From an uncultured Phycisphaeraceae bacterium (GTDB lineage Bacteria; Planctomycetota; Phycisphaerae; Phycisphaerales; UBA1924), in contig CAYPBL010000002.1 in assembly GCA_964408965.1 (NCBI GenBank), positions 24,856-88,855 of the forward strand: a stretch of 64,000 nucleotides of DNA, read 5' to 3'. The translations under genes and the position numbers were made by a program. This document shows, piece after piece, positions 1-10,377 of this stretch (positions within the stretch are counted from its first letter, which is position 1; each line of letters starts with the position of its first letter). The notes under the pieces are model-generated. The model was not told where the DNA came from, searched no databases, and worked only from the letters and a program-made list of their open reading frames with translations.

Positions 1-2
1 GG

Positions 3-683
3 GCGTCCAGCGACCTGGCTGTTCGCAGTGCGGAAGCGTCGCTCAGACTTGCCAAGAACGACGAAGCCCGCATCCGCGAGGCGCTCTCCCGCGACGCAGC
101 AGCCCCCTTCGAGCTCGAACGGGCGGAGCTCCAGACGCTGCAGGCGCAGCTGACGCTCGAGCTTGCCAGGCAGCGACAGCGTGAAGCGGAACTCGAGCTC
201 GTCCAGGCCCAGACCGAAGCCAGACGCCTGACGCTGCGGGCGCCCACTGCGGGCGTCGTCGAGCGCATCGATGTCGAGCCTGGCGAGACGGTCCAGGCCC
301 ACCAGACCGTGCTTCGACTCGTGGCGATCGATCCGCTGCGCGTCGAGGCGGCGATTCCGCTGCAGCGAACGCTGCAGATGCAGCCTGGCGACACGGTGTG
401 GATCGTGTGGCCCTTCGAGCAGGGGACGCAGGTCGTGCCCGGCGCCATCGTGCAACTGGCCGCGGTGGCGGACGCCGCCAGCCAGACGCGGACTGTGGTC
501 TGTCACGTTCCCAATCCTGCGAAACTTCCCGCGGGCGCCGAGGTGCAGCTGTGGCTCGTGGAGCCGCCGCTGGCCCAGACCGACGCGTCCCGCACACGCG
601 ATCGCCCTGATGGGTCGTCCCAGGCGCCTGTGCGCCTGGACGGCGTCCATGGAGGAAACACCCATGCGCACCCCACACCCTGA
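3..683 (+). CDS. Efflux transporter periplasmic adaptor (HlyD/membrane-fusion family), C-terminal part; 5' end outside window
   Basis: Frame 3 is open from the window edge. My translation reads ...ELERAELQTLQAQLTLELARQRQREAELELVQAQTEARRLTLRAPTAGVVERIDVEPGETVQAHQTVLRLVAIDPLRVEAAIP.... This is a coiled-coil hairpin followed by the 'L.AP..G.V..I.V..G..V' lipoyl/barrel pattern of MFPs. TGA at 681-683. Confidence 0.7.
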   Translation, partial: ASSDLAVRSAEASLRLAKNDEARIREALSRDAAAPFELERAELQTLQAQLTLELARQRQREAELELVQAQTEARRLTLRAPTAGVVERIDVEPGETVQAHQTVLRLVAIDPLRVEAAIPLQRTLQMQPGDTVWIVWPFEQGTQVVPGAIVQLAAVADAASQTRTVVCHVPNPAKLPAGAEVQLWLVEPPLAQTDASRTRDRPDGSSQAPVRLDGVHGGNTHAHPTP

Positions 684-2907
684 GACGCCCAGGCGCGTTC
701 TGACCCGGAGCGTTCTGATGCTCATCTTCACAAGCGGAGCAATGGCGCTGGCCGGCTGCGCGTCGAACGCCGCCAGCAGCGGCGCCACCAGCAACGGCGC
801 TGTCTCGAGCGACGCGACTGCAACGCCTCTCGCTGTCAAGACGATTGACGACTACACGCAGGCAGCGATCCGCTTTGGCGATGTGGTCGAGGTCCCGCGG
901 TTTGAAACCACGCCCGAGGAGGTCGCCCAAGCGGTCGACCGCACGCTGGCCGAGGCCGACCGCAGACTCGACGAGCTGGCGAAACAGAACCTGCAGACCG
1001 TCACCTTCCGCAGCACCATCGCGGCGCTGGACGACATCACCTACCCCGTCACCACGTTGACCAATCGTCTGTGGCTGATGAAGGAGACACAGCCCGACCC
1101 CGCCCTGCGCGACGCCTGCACCGAGCAGGTGCGGCGGCTGCAGGAGTGGTTCGTCTCGCTGCAGTACCGCGAGGACGTCTACAAGGCCTGCAAGGCCTTC
1201 GCGGAGGCGTACGAAGCGGGCAGGCGGGGACGACTCGAAGGCGAGGACCTCAAGCTCTTCGAGGAGACCATGCGCGACTACCGCCGGGCGGGGCTTGCCC
1301 TCGATCCGGAGACGCGCAAGCAGGTCGAGGCCCTGCAGAAGGAGCTGGCCAACGTCTCCACCGACTTCGACACCAACATCACCAACGCCGACGTGACGGT
1401 CGTCTTCACGAAGGAGGAGCTGGAGGGCGTTCCCGAGTCCTTCCTCGAGCGCGTGGCGCAGCCTGATGGAACCTACGCCGTCAAGGCCACCGTCACGCCG
1501 CAGTTCATCATGGTGATGGAGAACGCCAAACGCGAAGCGACGCGCAAACGCATGAAGATCGCCCGCTACACCGCAGCGATGAAGGAGAACAGTCCTGTCC
1601 TGGACGAGATGGTCCGCCTGCGCGACGAGATCGCCTCACTGCTGGGCTACGAGTCGTGGGACGACTACCAGATCGAGGTGAAGATGGCCAAGACCGGCGC
1701 CCGGGCCAAGGCCTTCGTCGAAGACCTGGCCCGCAGGCTCGAGCCCAAGTTCCAGCAGGAGCTCGAAGCCATGCGCCAGCTCAAGGTCGCGGAAACAGGC
1801 GATGAAAACGCCCAGATCCACCACTGGGACTGGCGCTACTACGCCAACCAGCTGCGAAAGAAGCGGTACAATGTGGACACGGAGCAGCTGCGCAACTACT
1901 TCCCGCTCGACCGCGTTGTGCAGGGACTCTTCTCGACATACGAGCGGATCTTCGGCCTGCGTTTCGAGCCTGTGCAGCCGCCGCAGAAGTGGGTCAACGA
2001 CCTGACGCTGCACATGGTCCTGGACGCCAAGACGGGCGAGCCGCTGGGGCTGTTCTACCTCGACCTGTTCCCAAGGCCGGGCAAATACAACCACTTCGCC
2101 CAGTTCGACGTGGTCGGCGGCAAGCAGCTGCGCGACGGGCGCTACGTCAGGCCGGTGGCGGCGTTGGTGTGCAACTTCACACCGCCGACCGACGACGCCC
2201 CCTCGCTGCTCTCGCACGACGAGGTGGAGACGTTCTTTCACGAGTTCGGCCACGCCATGCACACGATTCTGACGCGGGCGCGCTACGCGCGATTCGCCGG
2301 GACGAACGTGCCTCGCGACTTCGTCGAAGCGCCCAGCCAGATGCTCGAACGCTGGGTGTGGGACGCAGACGTGCTCAACACCTTCGCCGCCGACTGGCGC
2401 GACCCGTCCAAGAAGATCGACCCCGCTCTCATCGCCCGCATGGACGAGGCCCGCAAGGCCACGATCGCCACCTTCTACCGCAGGCAGCTGGCCTTCGCTC
2501 TGGCGGACCTTCGCCTGCACGACGCCGGCCGGTACAAGGACAGCAGGAAGATCGTCAACGACACGCTGGCGGAAATCTTCCTGCCCGCTCCCGAAGGGAC
2601 CAACTTCGCTGCGTACTGGGGGCACATGTCGGGCTACGACGCTGGCTATTACGGCTACGCCTGGGCCGACGCCATCAGCGCGGACCTGGCCACCGCCTTC
2701 CGCAGCGCGCCCAAGCGCTTCTTCGATGAAGAAACAGGCATGCGCCTGCGTCGTGAGATCTACGAGGTCGGCGGCTCGCGAGACGTGGAGGAGTCCATCC
2801 GTGCCTTCCTCGGCCGCGACTGGACGCTCGACGCGTTTCTGGAGGAGCTGGGCGTGCCTGCGGAGCCTGGCCACGCCAACACGCTCGCTTCGCCCTCCGA
2901 CAACTGA
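664..2907 (+). CDS. M3-family zinc metallopeptidase (thimet oligopeptidase/Dcp/oligopeptidase A type), probable lipoprotein
   Basis: ATG 664 is preceded by GGAGGA (651-656). It gives the signal MRTPHPETPRRVLTRSVLMLIFTSGAMALAGC (lipobox-like). HEFGHAMH zinc motif and M3-like length. The 271-663 part of the tracked ORF is Arg/Cys-rich shadow overlapping the MFP gene. Confidence 0.9.
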   Translation: MRTPHPETPRRVLTRSVLMLIFTSGAMALAGCASNAASSGATSNGAVSSDATATPLAVKTIDDYTQAAIRFGDVVEVPRFETTPEEVAQAVDRTLAEADRRLDELAKQNLQTVTFRSTIAALDDITYPVTTLTNRLWLMKETQPDPALRDACTEQVRRLQEWFVSLQYREDVYKACKAFAEAYEAGRRGRLEGEDLKLFEETMRDYRRAGLALDPETRKQVEALQKELANVSTDFDTNITNADVTVVFTKEELEGVPESFLERVAQPDGTYAVKATVTPQFIMVMENAKREATRKRMKIARYTAAMKENSPVLDEMVRLRDEIASLLGYESWDDYQIEVKMAKTGARAKAFVEDLARRLEPKFQQELEAMRQLKVAETGDENAQIHHWDWRYYANQLRKKRYNVDTEQLRNYFPLDRVVQGLFSTYERIFGLRFEPVQPPQKWVNDLTLHMVLDAKTGEPLGLFYLDLFPRPGKYNHFAQFDVVGGKQLRDGRYVRPVAALVCNFTPPTDDAPSLLSHDEVETFFHEFGHAMHTILTRARYARFAGTNVPRDFVEAPSQMLERWVWDADVLNTFAADWRDPSKKIDPALIARMDEARKATIATFYRRQLAFALADLRLHDAGRYKDSRKIVNDTLAEIFLPAPEGTNFAAYWGHMSGYDAGYYGYAWADAISADLATAFRSAPKRFFDEETGMRLRREIYEVGGSRDVEESIRAFLGRDWTLDAFLEELGVPAEPGHANTLASPSDN

Positions 2908-2927
2908 ACAGCCACCGCTCGATCGAC

Positions 2928-2963
2928 ACAGCGCAGGTTTTCACCGAGCCTGCGCTGTTTTCT
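2928..2963 (+). terminator. Candidate intrinsic terminator after the M3 peptidase gene
   Basis: 10-bp perfect stem ACAGCGCAGG (2928-2937) / CCTGCGCTGT (2949-2958) with an 11-nt loop, followed by TTTTCT. It lies between convergent genes. Confidence 0.5.
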
Positions 2964-2981
2964 GCGCGCTGCGGCGCAGGC

Positions 2982-3986
2982 TCAGAGGCCCAGGCGGTCG
3001 CAGGCCTGCTCGAGCGTGCGCAGGGCGCCAGCCAAATGCTGCGGATCGCCGTTGCGCGAGAGCGACGCGGGCGCAGCTGCAGCCAGCAGCGCCCGGCGAA
3101 TGTCCGCCAGCTCGCGCCAATCGTCCTGCAGGGGAAGCCCTCTGCGCTTGCGGGCCTTGGCGAGCGCCTTGACGGGCTTGAAGCCGTGGAGCTTCTCCTC
3201 GCGCCCCCAGTAGAGCCTTTCGAAACCCACCGCGTCCTCGATCCACGAGCCAGGCCTCACCTCGCCCAGGTCGATGAGCACGCACCCTGGCTCCCCCCAG
3301 GACGAGTCCTCGCTGCGGAGCATGGCGTTGCCGGGGTGCAGATCGCCGTGACGCCAAGAGGCCTCCGCCACGCGGGCCTCATCGAAGCGGTCCGCCACTG
3401 CGGGCAGCGCCCGTTGGACCCGCTTGATCTCGTTGTTCCAGCGTTGGGCGTCGGGGACAGCGTTGTCGCGCAGCCGCGTCCGCGCAGCCTCCAATGTCGC
3501 CTGCCAGCCATTGCGTTCGAACGCGTCCGGCGCAGGCTCGCCCAAAGCGTCGCGAGCGAGCGCCCAAAACGACGCAGCGGCCTGCGCGAGGGCGTCGAGC
3601 GTTTTCTTCGTGGGCGCCTTGGCCATGGGCTCGCCGTCGAGCCTTTCCAGCACGAGCCACGCCAAATCGTACCCCCCCAGCTCGTCGCCCGCTGCAGCGA
3701 CGCGGGGCGTGGGGGCGTCGGACAGGTGCGAGAGCGCCAGCGTGGCTCGATGCTCCATCGGCCCTACAGGCAGCTTGACCAGGACGTCGCGCGACCCTGC
3801 GTCGTCGCGCCAGCGGGCGTAGGCGGTGGCGGCCCCGCCCCGCTGCCAATCGCTGCGAAACCAGCGAAGATCGCTGAGCTTGCCGTCACATGCTTCGAGC
3901 AGCGCAGGGGCCAGCTGCCTGGCCAGAGACGCGACGTCGCCTTCGCTGGGTGTGCGCTCCTCCAAACCCGAAGGCGGGGCAGTCAT
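2982..3986 (-). CDS. Phosphotransferase-family kinase (aminoglycoside/choline-kinase-like, APH fold)
   Basis: Kinase catalytic-loop motif HGDLHPGNAML followed by LIDLGE (Brenner motif plus metal-binding D). ATG at 3986; GTG 3989 is an alternative start. Confidence 0.75.
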   Translation of the reverse strand: MTAPPSGLEERTPSEGDVASLARQLAPALLEACDGKLSDLRWFRSDWQRGGAATAYARWRDDAGSRDVLVKLPVGPMEHRATLALSHLSDAPTPRVAAAGDELGGYDLAWLVLERLDGEPMAKAPTKKTLDALAQAAASFWALARDALGEPAPDAFERNGWQATLEAARTRLRDNAVPDAQRWNNEIKRVQRALPAVADRFDEARVAEASWRHGDLHPGNAMLRSEDSSWGEPGCVLIDLGEVRPGSWIEDAVGFERLYWGREEKLHGFKPVKALAKARKRRGLPLQDDWRELADIRRALLAAAAPASLSRNGDPQHLAGALRTLEQACDRLGL

Positions 3987-4029
3987 CACCGTCAGTGTAC
4001 GACGCGCAGCGGCGCTGCGCGCAGGCCGC

Positions 4030-6567
4030 TCAGGCGCCGTCGTCGCTGGCGCCCGCTTCGACGGGTTCGTCCGAGGTGGGCGGCGTCTGCTCAGCAGGGC
4101 CCTCCTCCGCCTGGAAGTAGAGATGGTCCTCGCCTTCGCGACGGCTCACGACGACGCGGCTCTTGCCCCGCAGTTCACCCGCGAGAAGCTGCTCGGAGAG
4201 CGGATCCTCCAGATACTGCCCGATCGCCCGGCGGAGCGGCCGTGCGCCGAAGTCAGGGTTGTAGCCCTTCTCGATGAGGAAGTCCTTGGCGCTCTGCTCG
4301 AGCACGAGCTCGACGCCCTGGGCCTCGAGCCGCTCGCGGACCTTGGCGGTCTCGTACTCGACGATGGTGATGAGGTCCTCGCGCGACAGCGGCTTGAAGA
4401 CGATGACTTCGTCCAAGCGGTTGATGAACTCGGGCCTGAAGAAGCGCTCGATCTCCTTCATGAGCGTGGACTTGATGGACTCGTAGCTCGTCTCCGCGTC
4501 GCGCTTGGCGAAGCCGAAACCGCCGCCGCCCTTGATGAGGTCGGCCCCGATGTTGCTCGTCATGATGAGAATGGCGTTGCGGAAGTCGACGTGCCTGCCG
4601 AAGGAATCCGTCAGGCGCCCTTCCTCCATGATCTGCAGCAGCATGTTGAAGACGTCGGGATGGGCCTTCTCGATCTCGTCGAGCAGCACGACGGAGTAGG
4701 GTCTGCGACGGATCTGCTCGGTGAGCTGCCCGCCCTCCTCGTAGCCCACATAGCCGGGCGGAGCGCCGACGAGTCTGCTGACGTTGTGCTTCTCCATGTA
4801 CTCGCTCATGTCCAGCTGGATGAGCGCCTCAGCGTCGCCGAACATGAACTCCGCCAAGGCCTTGGAGAGCAGCGTCTTGCCCACGCCGCTGGGCCCGACG
4901 AAGATGAACGAGCCCATCGGCCGCTTGGGGTCCTTGAGACCGGCGCGGGCCCGGCGAATGGCCCGGGCGATGGCCTTGATCGCCTCGTCCTGACTGACGA
5001 CGCGCTTGTGCAACTCCTCTTCGAGGCGCAGCAGACGCTCCGCCTCCTCCTTGGCGAGCTTGGTCAGCGGCACGCCTGTCATCTTGCTGACGACCTCAGC
5101 GATGATGTTCTCGTCGACGACGCCGCCTATCTCGTTGCATTTGGCCCGCCACTGCTGCTGAATCTCCTCCTTCTGCTTGCGGATCTGCTCCACCTTGTCG
5201 CGCAGCTCCGCAGCCTTTTCATAGTCCGCGTTCTTGACCGCTTCGTCCTTCTGCACCGCCAGGCGCTCGATCTCCTCCTCCAGGTGCGCAAGGTCAGGCG
5301 GCTTGGTCATGCTCTTGAGTCGCACGCGCGCGCCCGCCTCGTCGATCACGTCGATCGACTTGTCGGGCTGCACGCGCCCGGTGATGTAGCGATCCGACAG
5401 CTCCACCGCCGCCTTGAGCGCGTCGTCGGTGATCTGCACGCGGTGGTGCTTCTCGTAGCGCTCACGCAGGCCCTTGAGAATCTCGATCGTCTGCTCGGTC
5501 GAAGGGGGCTCGACGGTGATGGGCTGGAAGCGCCGCACCAGGGCTGCGTCCTTCTCGATGTACTTGCGGTACTCGTCGAAGGTGGTGGCGCCGATGCACT
5601 GGATCTCGCCGCGGGCCAGCGCGGGCTTGAGCACATTGGAGGCGTCGATGGCGCCCTCGGCGCCGCCTGCGCCGACGAGCGTGTGCAGCTCGTCGATGAA
5701 GAGAATCACGTTGCCCGCCCGGCGGACCTCGTTCATCACCGCCTTGATGCGCTCCTCGAACTGCCCGCGGTACTTGGTCCCCGCGACCATCATCGCCAGG
5801 TCCAGCACCACGACCCTGCGATCCTGCAGCAGCTCGGGGACGTCGTTGGCCACGATCTGCTGGGCGAGCCCCTCGACGATGGCCGTCTTGCCCACGCCTG
5901 CTTCGCCGAGCAGCACCGGGTTGTTCTTCGTGCGGCGGCAGAGGATCTGCAGCACGCGCTCGATCTCGTTCTCGCGGCCGATGACCGGGTCCAGCTGTCC
6001 CTCGCGCGCCAGCGCCGTCAGGTCGCGGCCGAAGGAGTCCAGCGCGGGCGTCTGGCTCTTGCGCCGACGCTGCGACGGCTCCTCGCCAGGTCCCCCCGCA
6101 GCGACCTCCTCGCCCTCCTCCTGCTCCAGACCCGCGCCGAGCAGGTTGAGCACCTCCTCGCGGACCTCCTCGAGCTTGAGGTTGAGGTTCATCAGCACCT
6201 GCGCCGCCACGCCGTCCTGCTCGCGCAGGAGGCCCAGCAGCAGGTGCTCGGTGCCGACGTAGTTGTGGTTGAGCGCCCGGGCCTCCTCGATGGCGTACTC
6301 GATGACCTTCTTGGCCCGGGGGGTCTGGGGCAGCTTGCCCATGGTGACCATCTCGGGCCCGCTCTTGACGAGCTTCTCGACCTCCAGACGGACCTTGCGC
6401 AGGTCCACGCCCAGGTTCTTGAGGACGTTGGCGCCGACCCCCGAGCCCTCCTTGACCAGGCCCAGCAGGATGTGCTCGGTGCCGATGTACTCGTGGTTGA
6501 AGCGCTGGGCCTCCTGGTTGGCCAGGGCCATCACCTTGCGCGCCCGGTCCGTGAATCGTTCAAACAT
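4030..6567 (-). CDS. clpC: ATP-dependent Clp protease ATP-binding subunit ClpC
   Basis: N-terminal double Clp repeat ([12 protein letters not shown]...GTEHILLGL / GTEHLLLGL). Two AAA+ P-loops ([16 protein letters not shown]) and a UVR-like linker ([12 protein letters not shown]). ATG 6567 with GGAG upstream; the first 12 codons of the tracked ORF are probably not used. Confidence 0.95.
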   Translation of the reverse strand: MFERFTDRARKVMALANQEAQRFNHEYIGTEHILLGLVKEGSGVGANVLKNLGVDLRKVRLEVEKLVKSGPEMVTMGKLPQTPRAKKVIEYAIEEARALNHNYVGTEHLLLGLLREQDGVAAQVLMNLNLKLEEVREEVLNLLGAGLEQEEGEEVAAGGPGEEPSQRRRKSQTPALDSFGRDLTALAREGQLDPVIGRENEIERVLQILCRRTKNNPVLLGEAGVGKTAIVEGLAQQIVANDVPELLQDRRVVVLDLAMMVAGTKYRGQFEERIKAVMNEVRRAGNVILFIDELHTLVGAGGAEGAIDASNVLKPALARGEIQCIGATTFDEYRKYIEKDAALVRRFQPITVEPPSTEQTIEILKGLRERYEKHHRVQITDDALKAAVELSDRYITGRVQPDKSIDVIDEAGARVRLKSMTKPPDLAHLEEEIERLAVQKDEAVKNADYEKAAELRDKVEQIRKQKEEIQQQWRAKCNEIGGVVDENIIAEVVSKMTGVPLTKLAKEEAERLLRLEEELHKRVVSQDEAIKAIARAIRRARAGLKDPKRPMGSFIFVGPSGVGKTLLSKALAEFMFGDAEALIQLDMSEYMEKHNVSRLVGAPPGYVGYEEGGQLTEQIRRRPYSVVLLDEIEKAHPDVFNMLLQIMEEGRLTDSFGRHVDFRNAILIMTSNIGADLIKGGGGFGFAKRDAETSYESIKSTLMKEIERFFRPEFINRLDEVIVFKPLSREDLITIVEYETAKVRERLEAQGVELVLEQSAKDFLIEKGYNPDFGARPLRRAIGQYLEDPLSEQLLAGELRGKSRVVVSRREGEDHLYFQAEEGPAEQTPPTSDEPVEAGASDDGA

Positions 6568-6881
6568 GCTCAGCTCCGATATCTTTCTGTGCTGCGGAAT
6601 CATAGGCGGGGGGGCCGACCCGCCGACCCTCCTCCGCCGCCGCCCCCTGCGCCGAGCCAGCGAAGCCGAGCCCCTGCAGGGGAGGCAGGGCCTCTATCGG
6701 CTGAACCGCAGCGTCGGCGGAGGCGATCTGCAAGGTCGCGCCCCAGCCCGATCAGCCCTGCCGCCTTGGCGGCGACGGCGCCCTTTCGGGGGGCCTGACA
6801 GGGGCCGTCGGTATGCTCCACAGGCTGCGGCGCGCCAGGAGCTGCACAGCTCCATGACACTGCGACAGGAGCTGATCCGCA

Positions 6882-8300
6882 TTGCGCGCACTGGTGTGGT
6901 TTCGGGTGGACCTTCGCGCGCGGGACAACCCTGCGCTGCACGAGGCCTGCGCACGGGCGGATCGGGGCGTCGTGGGCGTGTTCCTGCTGACCCCGGCCAT
7001 GTGGAGGGAGCACCACGACTCGCCCAACAAGATCGCCTTCCACCTGGCCTGCCTCCGCGAGCTCTCGAAGTCGCTGGCCGAGCGCAACATCGCGTTGCTG
7101 GTCCGCGAAGCGCCCGGCGCCTCGGACGCTCCCGCCGCCCTGCTCCGCCTGGCGCGCAGCTGCAGGTGCGACGCCCTCTTCTTCAACGATCAGCTCGAGC
7201 TGAACGAGCGGTCGAGGGACGAGGCGGTCGAGGAGGCCTTTCTCGACGCTGGTCTGCAGGTCTTCCGCCGCCACGACCAGACCGCGCCGCTGTCGCTGCG
7301 CACCTGCGCAGGCGGGGCGTACAAGGTCTTCTCGCCGTTCTACCTGGCCTGGCGCAGGGCCCTGGCGGAGCGCCCCGAGGCGCTGGCCCCTTTGGGACTT
7401 CCGCGCAGGCAGTCCGAGCTTTTCTGTCCGCCCGATCCGGTTCCCGTCTCGCTCAAGGGCTTCGAGGCGACGGCTGATCTCTCCTGGCTCAGGCCTGGCG
7501 AAAATGCCGCTGCCAAGCGTCTGCGTCGTTTCCTGGACGGCGCCGCCAAACGTTACCACCAACAGCGCGACGCGCCAGCCTGCAGGGGAACGAGCGAACT
7601 GTCGCCGTACTTCACCGCAGGCGCACTGTCGCTGCGTCAGGCCCTGAGCGCCGCTGTCGAAGCCAACAACGGCGCCGTGGAAGGGGGCAATCCTGGCCTT
7701 TCCCAGTGGATCCGCCAGCTGGCCTGGCGGGACTTTCACCGTTTTCTGCTGGCTGCGACCCCTCGATTGAGCATGGGCAGGCCGATGAAGCTGTGGACCG
7801 AAATGGTTCCCTGGCGGCGCGACCAACGGGATCTGCAAGCCTGGCGTCAGGGCGAGACGGGCTATCCGCTCGTCGACGCCGCCATGCAGCAGCTGCGCGC
7901 CACCGGCTGGATGCACAACCGCCTGCGCATGATCACAGCCATGTTTCTCAGCAAACACCTGCTGCTGGACTGGCGTCTGGGCGAACGCTGGTTCATGGAG
8001 CAGCTGGTGGACGGCGATCTGGCCAACAACAACGGCGGCTGGCAATGGAGCGCCTCGACAGGCGCCGACGCTGCGCCATACTTTCGCGTCATGAATCCGA
8101 CAGCCCAGAGCAGGCGCTGGGATCCACAGGGTCGGTTCATCCGCGCCTTCCTGCCAAGGCTTGCGGACATCGACGACCAGGCGGTGCACGATCCGCCCGC
8201 CTCGCTGCGGCAATCGCTTGGCTACCCTCCGCCCATCGTCGACCACGCCAAGGCCCGCAGCCGAGCCATCGCAGCGTTCCGGCGCGCACGTCCAGCCTGA
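6882..8300 (+). CDS. phrB: Deoxyribodipyrimidine photolyase (class I CPD photolyase/cryptochrome family)
   Basis: N-terminus RALVWFRVDLRARDNPAL. FAD domain TGYPLVDAAMQQLRATGWMHNRLRMITAMFL...DGDLANNNGGWQWSASTG...YFRVMNP. The start codon is TTG at 6882. Confidence 0.9.
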   Translation: MRALVWFRVDLRARDNPALHEACARADRGVVGVFLLTPAMWREHHDSPNKIAFHLACLRELSKSLAERNIALLVREAPGASDAPAALLRLARSCRCDALFFNDQLELNERSRDEAVEEAFLDAGLQVFRRHDQTAPLSLRTCAGGAYKVFSPFYLAWRRALAERPEALAPLGLPRRQSELFCPPDPVPVSLKGFEATADLSWLRPGENAAAKRLRRFLDGAAKRYHQQRDAPACRGTSELSPYFTAGALSLRQALSAAVEANNGAVEGGNPGLSQWIRQLAWRDFHRFLLAATPRLSMGRPMKLWTEMVPWRRDQRDLQAWRQGETGYPLVDAAMQQLRATGWMHNRLRMITAMFLSKHLLLDWRLGERWFMEQLVDGDLANNNGGWQWSASTGADAAPYFRVMNPTAQSRRWDPQGRFIRAFLPRLADIDDQAVHDPPASLRQSLGYPPPIVDHAKARSRAIAAFRRARPA

Positions 8301-8330
8301 ATCGGCCCCACAGCCCTTGCGCAAGCGACA

Positions 8331-8357
8331 CGCCCAGCTCTTCTGCGGAGCTGGGCG
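8331..8357. terminator. Hairpin between convergent phrB and the PEP-CTERM gene (possible bidirectional terminator)
   Basis: 10-bp perfect inverted repeat CGCCCAGCTC (8331-8340) / GAGCTGGGCG (8348-8357) with a 7-nt loop. There is no clear U-tract on either strand. Confidence 0.4.
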
Positions 8358-8417
8358 CGTCATGTGTCTTGCAGGAGCGTTTCGCTGCGGACCGCGTCGT
8401 GGCGGACGGACCGTCTC

Positions 8418-9185
8418 TCAGCGTCGCCTGCCGCTGCGGCGCAGCAGCGTCGCTCCCAGGCCGACGCACGCCAGGCCCAGAGGCGTCGGCAGCGGAATGG
8501 GCCTGCCGACGAAGAGCCAGTCCTGCGTGCCCGCTGCGTCGGAGCCGTCGCTGTTGAAGGTCAGCCAGCCGCGACCGACGAAGGGATCCTCCACCAGCAA
8601 TGTGGGAAAGCCCCCCAAACGATGCCCGTCGGATTCGAAACGGAAGGGATTGCCTGTCGGCGTCTGCTCGAAGAACTGGAAGGTCGTCCCCGCAGGGACA
8701 TCGGTGATGCCAGCTCCCGCCACCACCGACCCCTGGTTCTGCACGCTCTGCGGATCGACGAACCAGCCGTCAGCGGCCTTGAGCACGTTGGCGGAGTACG
8801 TGAAGTCGATGGTGTACAGGCCTTCGCCAAAGCCGTAGCTGCCGCCCGTGTCCACCCCGCCGTAGGCCTGGCCGAAGATGTGGATCGTGATGTCCAGCCC
8901 GCCCCCGCCCAGCGGCGTCTCCGTGACGTCGAGGAACATCGAGCTCGAGGGATGGCTGAAGGAGAAAGTCGTCACCCCCGAGACGCTCTGCCCCGTCGTG
9001 CTCGTCAGCCCCGCGTTGGCGAAGACGTTGTCCAGTCGCAAACCGTACGGCGGCGGATCCTTCGCTGCGTCGGGATGGTCCGCGAGCGCGAACCGCTGCG
9101 TGGCCCCCAGCGCCGTCGTGGCCAGGCCCAGCGCCAGCGTTGCTGCAGCGGCCTTGGCCGCCTGACGCCAACTGTTTTGCACCAT
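8418..9185 (-). CDS. Secreted protein with PEP-CTERM-type C-terminal sorting tail (255 aa)
   Basis: ATG 9185 is preceded by GGGGGGAGAA. Signal peptide MVQNSWRQAAKAAAATLALGLATTALGA. The C-terminus PIPLPTPLGLACVGLGATLLRRSGRRR has a Pro motif, a hydrophobic helix and an Arg cluster. Confidence 0.8.
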   Translation of the reverse strand: MVQNSWRQAAKAAAATLALGLATTALGATQRFALADHPDAAKDPPPYGLRLDNVFANAGLTSTTGQSVSGVTTFSFSHPSSSMFLDVTETPLGGGGLDITIHIFGQAYGGVDTGGSYGFGEGLYTIDFTYSANVLKAADGWFVDPQSVQNQGSVVAGAGITDVPAGTTFQFFEQTPTGNPFRFESDGHRLGGFPTLLVEDPFVGRGWLTFNSDGSDAAGTQDWLFVGRPIPLPTPLGLACVGLGATLLRRSGRRR

Positions 9186-9418
9186 GTCGGTTCTCCCCCC
9201 ACCGAGAGCCCACCATACGACCGGGTGAGCCAGTGAGTCTGTCGTTCGTCGCTGCGCCCGCACGTCGCTGCGCAGCCTTGTCCTCTTCTTCAAGATGCCA
9301 CAGAAACGAGCCTTGTCAAGCTCCAGCAGCCCAAAATATCACAATGCATCCCCACACGGTGCAGCAGGAATCGACGGCGGACGTCGCTGCCCGTCTGCGG
9401 CGCAGGAGGATTGGTGGG

Positions 9419-10042
9419 TCAACGGCGCCGACGGGCGAGTCCAGCCAAGCCGCAAAGGCCCAACAGGGCTGCGGGGCCAGGCGTCGGCAGCACGGTCAGA
9501 TTCAACGTGCTTGCGGAATCCACACCAGAGGCGTCAGGCCCAAAGGACGACAACACAAAGGAGCCGTCAGGCGTTCCCACACCGCTGACGTCCACACCGC
9601 CGAACGAGGCGCCGTTGAAAGCGCCGCTGGTGGTCTCTCCAGCGATCAGAAACCCCTGACCCGCTTGGGGAAGAACAATGCCGCTGCCTGGCCTGAGCAG
9701 CGTGGTGAATGTTGAGCCGTCCGTCAAGGAGACATCGAACTGCCCGCCTGCAATCGCGCCGCCGACGAGCGTGATCGTGCCTGTGAACCCTGCCAGCGAA
9801 GGAGCGGGCGTCACCGTCCCGCCGTCCACGAGCACCGCAGCCAAGACGGCGTCCGCGTCCGCGCTGACCTGCAGGGAGCCCGTATGGAACTGCCCTGCAA
9901 AGGCGCCCCCTGCGTCGACGCGCAGGCTGTCAAAGTCCATCTGCAACTGGAGAAACGCAGCGTTGACGCTGTCTGCTGCACATGCGAACGTCATGCCCGC
10001 AGTGAGCGACGCAGCGGCGATCAGTCTTCCCCTCGAAAGCAT
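9419..10042 (-). CDS. Secreted protein with PEP-CTERM-type tail (207 aa), paralog of 10378..11034
   Basis: AAGGAG lies 7 nt upstream of ATG 10042. There is a signal peptide, and the C-terminus is VLPTPGPAALLGLCGLAGLARRRR. It shares the GFTGTI.L and GG.FDV.L blocks with the next gene. Confidence 0.85.
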   Translation of the reverse strand: MLSRGRLIAAASLTAGMTFACAADSVNAAFLQLQMDFDSLRVDAGGAFAGQFHTGSLQVSADADAVLAAVLVDGGTVTPAPSLAGFTGTITLVGGAIAGGQFDVSLTDGSTFTTLLRPGSGIVLPQAGQGFLIAGETTSGAFNGASFGGVDVSGVGTPDGSFVLSSFGPDASGVDSASTLNLTVLPTPGPAALLGLCGLAGLARRRR

Positions 10043-10280
10043 TGACGCGCTCCTTCACGGCGCCTGTGACGCCCGCTGGCGCATCCCCTCATGCGCCCCC
10101 CTTCAGCCTGGCAAGCGTCTTCGCAAGCACATGCAATGTACCCGACGCCTGCGTCAATGCAAGCGGAACGCGCCGAGAAGGTGCGATTTTGTGCTGCAGA
10201 CGAGCATTTTTTCGAGCCCTTACATATGCCGTACGCCATGTTTCCCCCTCACGGCGCAGCCCTGCGATGGAGCGAGCGCG

Positions 10281-10312
10281 CACAAAAACCGCCTCCCGCA
10301 GGCTGGAGGCGG
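10281..10312 (-). terminator. Rho-independent terminator downstream of PEP-CTERM gene 10378..11034
   Basis: On the minus strand: CCGCCTCC-(8-nt loop)-GGAGGCGG followed by TTTTTGTG. The stems are at 10289-10296 and 10305-10312; the U-tract is 10281-10288. Confidence 0.65.
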
Positions 10313-10377
10313 CGCCGAAGTCTCGTTGCCCCGCGGGCTCCTGCGGAGCGAGTGGGTGTTGCCGGTGAGCGAGGCGC

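Noticed and set aside
271-663. 5' extensions of tracked ORFs: 271-663 (M3), 31854-32393, 26192-27085, 27382-27942, 40328-41614, 49788-51026 and 50990-51307
   Set aside because: The extension sequences are Arg/Pro/Gly-rich and overlap the real upstream genes. Internal starts with SD sequences or ATGA/GTGA coupling give canonical N-termini.
3826-6798. 990-aa plus-strand ORF covering the clpC region
   Set aside because: It is antisense to an unmistakable clpC. The translation is Leu/Arg/Ala/Asp-rich with no motifs. This is a typical high-GC shadow ORF.
6568-6881. G-run/C-run-rich 314-bp region between clpC and phrB as a possible structured RNA or small gene
   Set aside because: I could verify no convincing hairpin-plus-motif pattern or ORF by eye. 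It is most simply a divergent promoter region with the clpC 5' UTR.
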